From positions 1 through 15,828 of the forward strand of contig JACVIY010000060.1 of assembly GCA_015711755.1 (NCBI GenBank): a stretch of 15,828 nt of DNA, in the 5' to 3' direction. Below, piece after piece: positions 14,455 through 15,828 of the stretch. Source of the stretch: Candidatus Geothermincola secundus. Lineage in GTDB: Bacteria > Actinomycetota > Geothermincolia > Geothermincolales > Geothermincolaceae. How positions within the stretch are numbered: the first letter of the stretch is position 1; every line of letters starts with the position of its first letter. The position numbers were made by a program, and so were the translations under genes. The notes under the pieces were generated by a model, which saw nothing but the letters and a program-made list of their open reading frames with translations, had not been told where the DNA came from and did not search any database.

Positions 14455-15828
14455 GTGAGAGCGAGCGAGTTCGTACGTGATTCAGGCATGCGTGCATCGA
14501 GTAGGGGGCTGGTATCCCTGGCCGCGGCGGTGATGCTGTCCGCCCTGCTGGTCCTGGCCTGGCTGCCGGCCCTGCCGGCCTCCCCGGACTGGACCGACCC
14601 GGTGGACGTTTCCACCCAGTCCGAGTACGACCAGTATGAACCCTGCCTGGTTCTGGACCCGGACGGCACATCCCACGTGGTCTGGGAGGGCTACGACGAA
14701 TACGAGGAAGACTGGTCGATCTGGTACGCCGACAACGCCGGCGGGGAATGGTCCGACCCGGTGCTCGTCTCCACCCAGTCCGAAGACGACCAGGCTAACC
14801 CCAGGATCGTGGTGGACGCGCACGGAGCCGCCCACGTGGTCTGGAAGGGATACGGCCCCGACGGCGGTTATGAGAAGATCTGGTACGCCGACAACGCGGG
14901 CGGGGACTGGTCCGACCCGCTGGACATCTCCATCCAGTCCGAGTACGACCAGGACAACCCGCAGATAGCGCTGGACGCCGCGGGCGCTGCCCACGTGGTC
15001 TGGGAGGGGTACGGCCCCGACGGCGGTTATGAGAAGATCTGGTACGCCGACAACGCGGGCGGGGACTGGTCCGACCCGCTGGACATCTCCATCCAGTCCG
15101 AGTACGACCAGAACAACCCGCAGATAGCGCTGGACCCCCAGGGCGGGGCGCACGTCGTCTGGGAGGGGTACGACGAATACGAGGAAGACTGGTCGATCTG
15201 GTATTCCTCCAACGCGGGGGCGGGAGGGCTGGGCGCCCTTGCGGACGGCTGGTCGGACCCCGAGATGATATCCCCGGACGACGACTGGCCCTACTACCCC
15301 GTCATCGCCATCGACTCGGCGGGCGGCGCCCACGTCATCTACCACGGCCATACCGAACTCTCCCAAGGCAACTGCTCGTGCCTGTACGTCACCGACGCGG
15401 GGGGCGAGTGGTCCTACCCGGTGCTGCTCTCGGACGGTTACGGGCAGAACGGCTCCTACCTGATGCAGCTGGCACTTGATGCGCTGGACCATCTCTACGT
15501 GGCCTTCGACGCGGATGACGGCATGATCCACTACACCACCGACCAGGGCTCGGGCTGGACCGACCCGGTGGTGGTCTCCACTCAGAGCGATAACTACAAT
15601 CGCGCCCCGAGCATGGCCGTCGACCGGGCCGGCAACCCCCGCGTGGCCTGGGGGGGCTACGACCCCGCTGGTGACTACGAGAAGATCTGGTACGCGGAGG
15701 ACATCACCAGGCGCCTGGTCACCGCGGAGGCCGTGGGGGCGGGCGCGGTGGACCCGGAGGCCCAGATCGTGCCCATCGGGGGGGACGCGGCGGTGGCCCT
15801 GCTGCCTGATGCGGGCTTCCGCGTGGGC
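14455..15828 (+). CDS. Secreted BNR/Asp-box-like repeat protein (beta-propeller candidate), 3' partial. Not in the ORF track as such.
   Basis: GTG start at 14455, preceded by GGGGGAGG at 7 nt. Signal peptide MRASSRGLVSLAAAVMLSALLVLAWLPALPA. Then 53-aa units of the form W(S/T)DP.D(V/I)S.QSEYDQ..P.IALD..G.AHVVWEGY........IWYADNAGG(D/E)W, with Asp-box-like TDQGSGW and TDAGGEW. The frame is open to the window end. The minus ORF 14482..15531 is antisense. Confidence 0.7.
   Translation, partial: MRASEFVRDSGMRASSRGLVSLAAAVMLSALLVLAWLPALPASPDWTDPVDVSTQSEYDQYEPCLVLDPDGTSHVVWEGYDEYEEDWSIWYADNAGGEWSDPVLVSTQSEDDQANPRIVVDAHGAAHVVWKGYGPDGGYEKIWYADNAGGDWSDPLDISIQSEYDQDNPQIALDAAGAAHVVWEGYGPDGGYEKIWYADNAGGDWSDPLDISIQSEYDQNNPQIALDPQGGAHVVWEGYDEYEEDWSIWYSSNAGAGGLGALADGWSDPEMISPDDDWPYYPVIAIDSAGGAHVIYHGHTELSQGNCSCLYVTDAGGEWSYPVLLSDGYGQNGSYLMQLALDALDHLYVAFDADDGMIHYTTDQGSGWTDPVVVSTQSDNYNRAPSMAVDRAGNPRVAWGGYDPAGDYEKIWYAEDITRRLVTAEAVGAGAVDPEAQIVPIGGDAAVALLPDAGFRVG
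14830..15147 (+). repeat. Two tandem 159-bp copies that are near-identical over ~146 bp, inside the repeat-protein gene.
   Basis: gcccacgtggtctgg...cagatagcgctggac at 14830-14975 recurs at 14989-15134, with 1-3 mismatches per ~100 nt by eye. Flanking units at 14671-14829 and 15148-15306 share the 43-nt gggagggstacgacgaatacgaggaagactggtcgatctggta block (14684 and 15161, 477 = 3x159 bp apart). Confidence 0.85.

Noticed and set aside
14482-15531. 349-aa minus-strand ORF.
   Set aside because: Antisense to the repeat-protein gene, and its internal repeats (VVLGLDGDVQRVGPVPARVVGVPDLLITAVGAV x2) merely mirror the sense-strand tandem DNA repeat. The sense frame has a signal peptide, a GGGGGAGG RBS and stays open to the window end.
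1-15828. Looked for CRISPR repeats, tRNA/rRNA, IS elements, integrases, and toxin-antitoxin or defence-system hallmarks (nucleases, ATPases, methyltransferases, reverse transcriptases).
   Set aside because: None recognised by eye. The only repeats are the in-gene tandem repeats and short palindromes. Every sizeable ORF with protein-like composition is accounted for by the housekeeping or membrane genes listed.

Overview
GC-rich bacterial chromosomal window (roughly two-thirds G+C by eye, not computed), with strong GGAGG-type ribosome-binding sites. The long overlapping ORFs in the six-frame track are mostly antisense artefacts of the GC bias. I chose real frames by recognisable protein motifs plus RBS context. 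I call 13 protein genes. (1) A polytopic GT-C-like membrane protein with a Pro-rich tail (minus strand, 3' end runs off the window start; not in the ORF track for lack of an in-window stop). (2) A secreted coiled-coil protein. (3) A flotillin/SPFH protein. (4) A two-TM membrane protein (GIDE-like topology). (5) A PlsC-family acyltransferase. (6) A methyl-accepting chemotaxis protein with a multi-TM plus Cache-like sensor. (7) An SDR oxidoreductase. (8) A secreted alpha/beta hydrolase. (9) A lipoprotein with two tandem chagasin-type (I42, NPTTG motif) inhibitor domains. (10) Cysteine synthase CysK. (11) A 2x[4Fe-4S] ferredoxin-nitroreductase fusion. (12) A small cupin. (13) A secreted BNR/Asp-box-like repeat protein (3' partial) built from a 159-bp period with two near-identical tandem copies. 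I did not recognise any rRNA/tRNA, CRISPR array, transposase, integrase or known defence-system hallmark. The unexplained signals are mostly non-coding. One is a 21-bp perfect palindrome inside an unusually long, AT-richer convergent spacer. Another is an inverted repeat overlapping a -10 box between the divergent nitroreductase and cupin genes. The third is a promoter to hairpin-U7 to gene leader arrangement. Two unusual protein architectures stand out: the tandem chagasin lipoprotein and the A-B-B-A repeat protein. All functional calls rest on motif recognition by eye; no database search was run.
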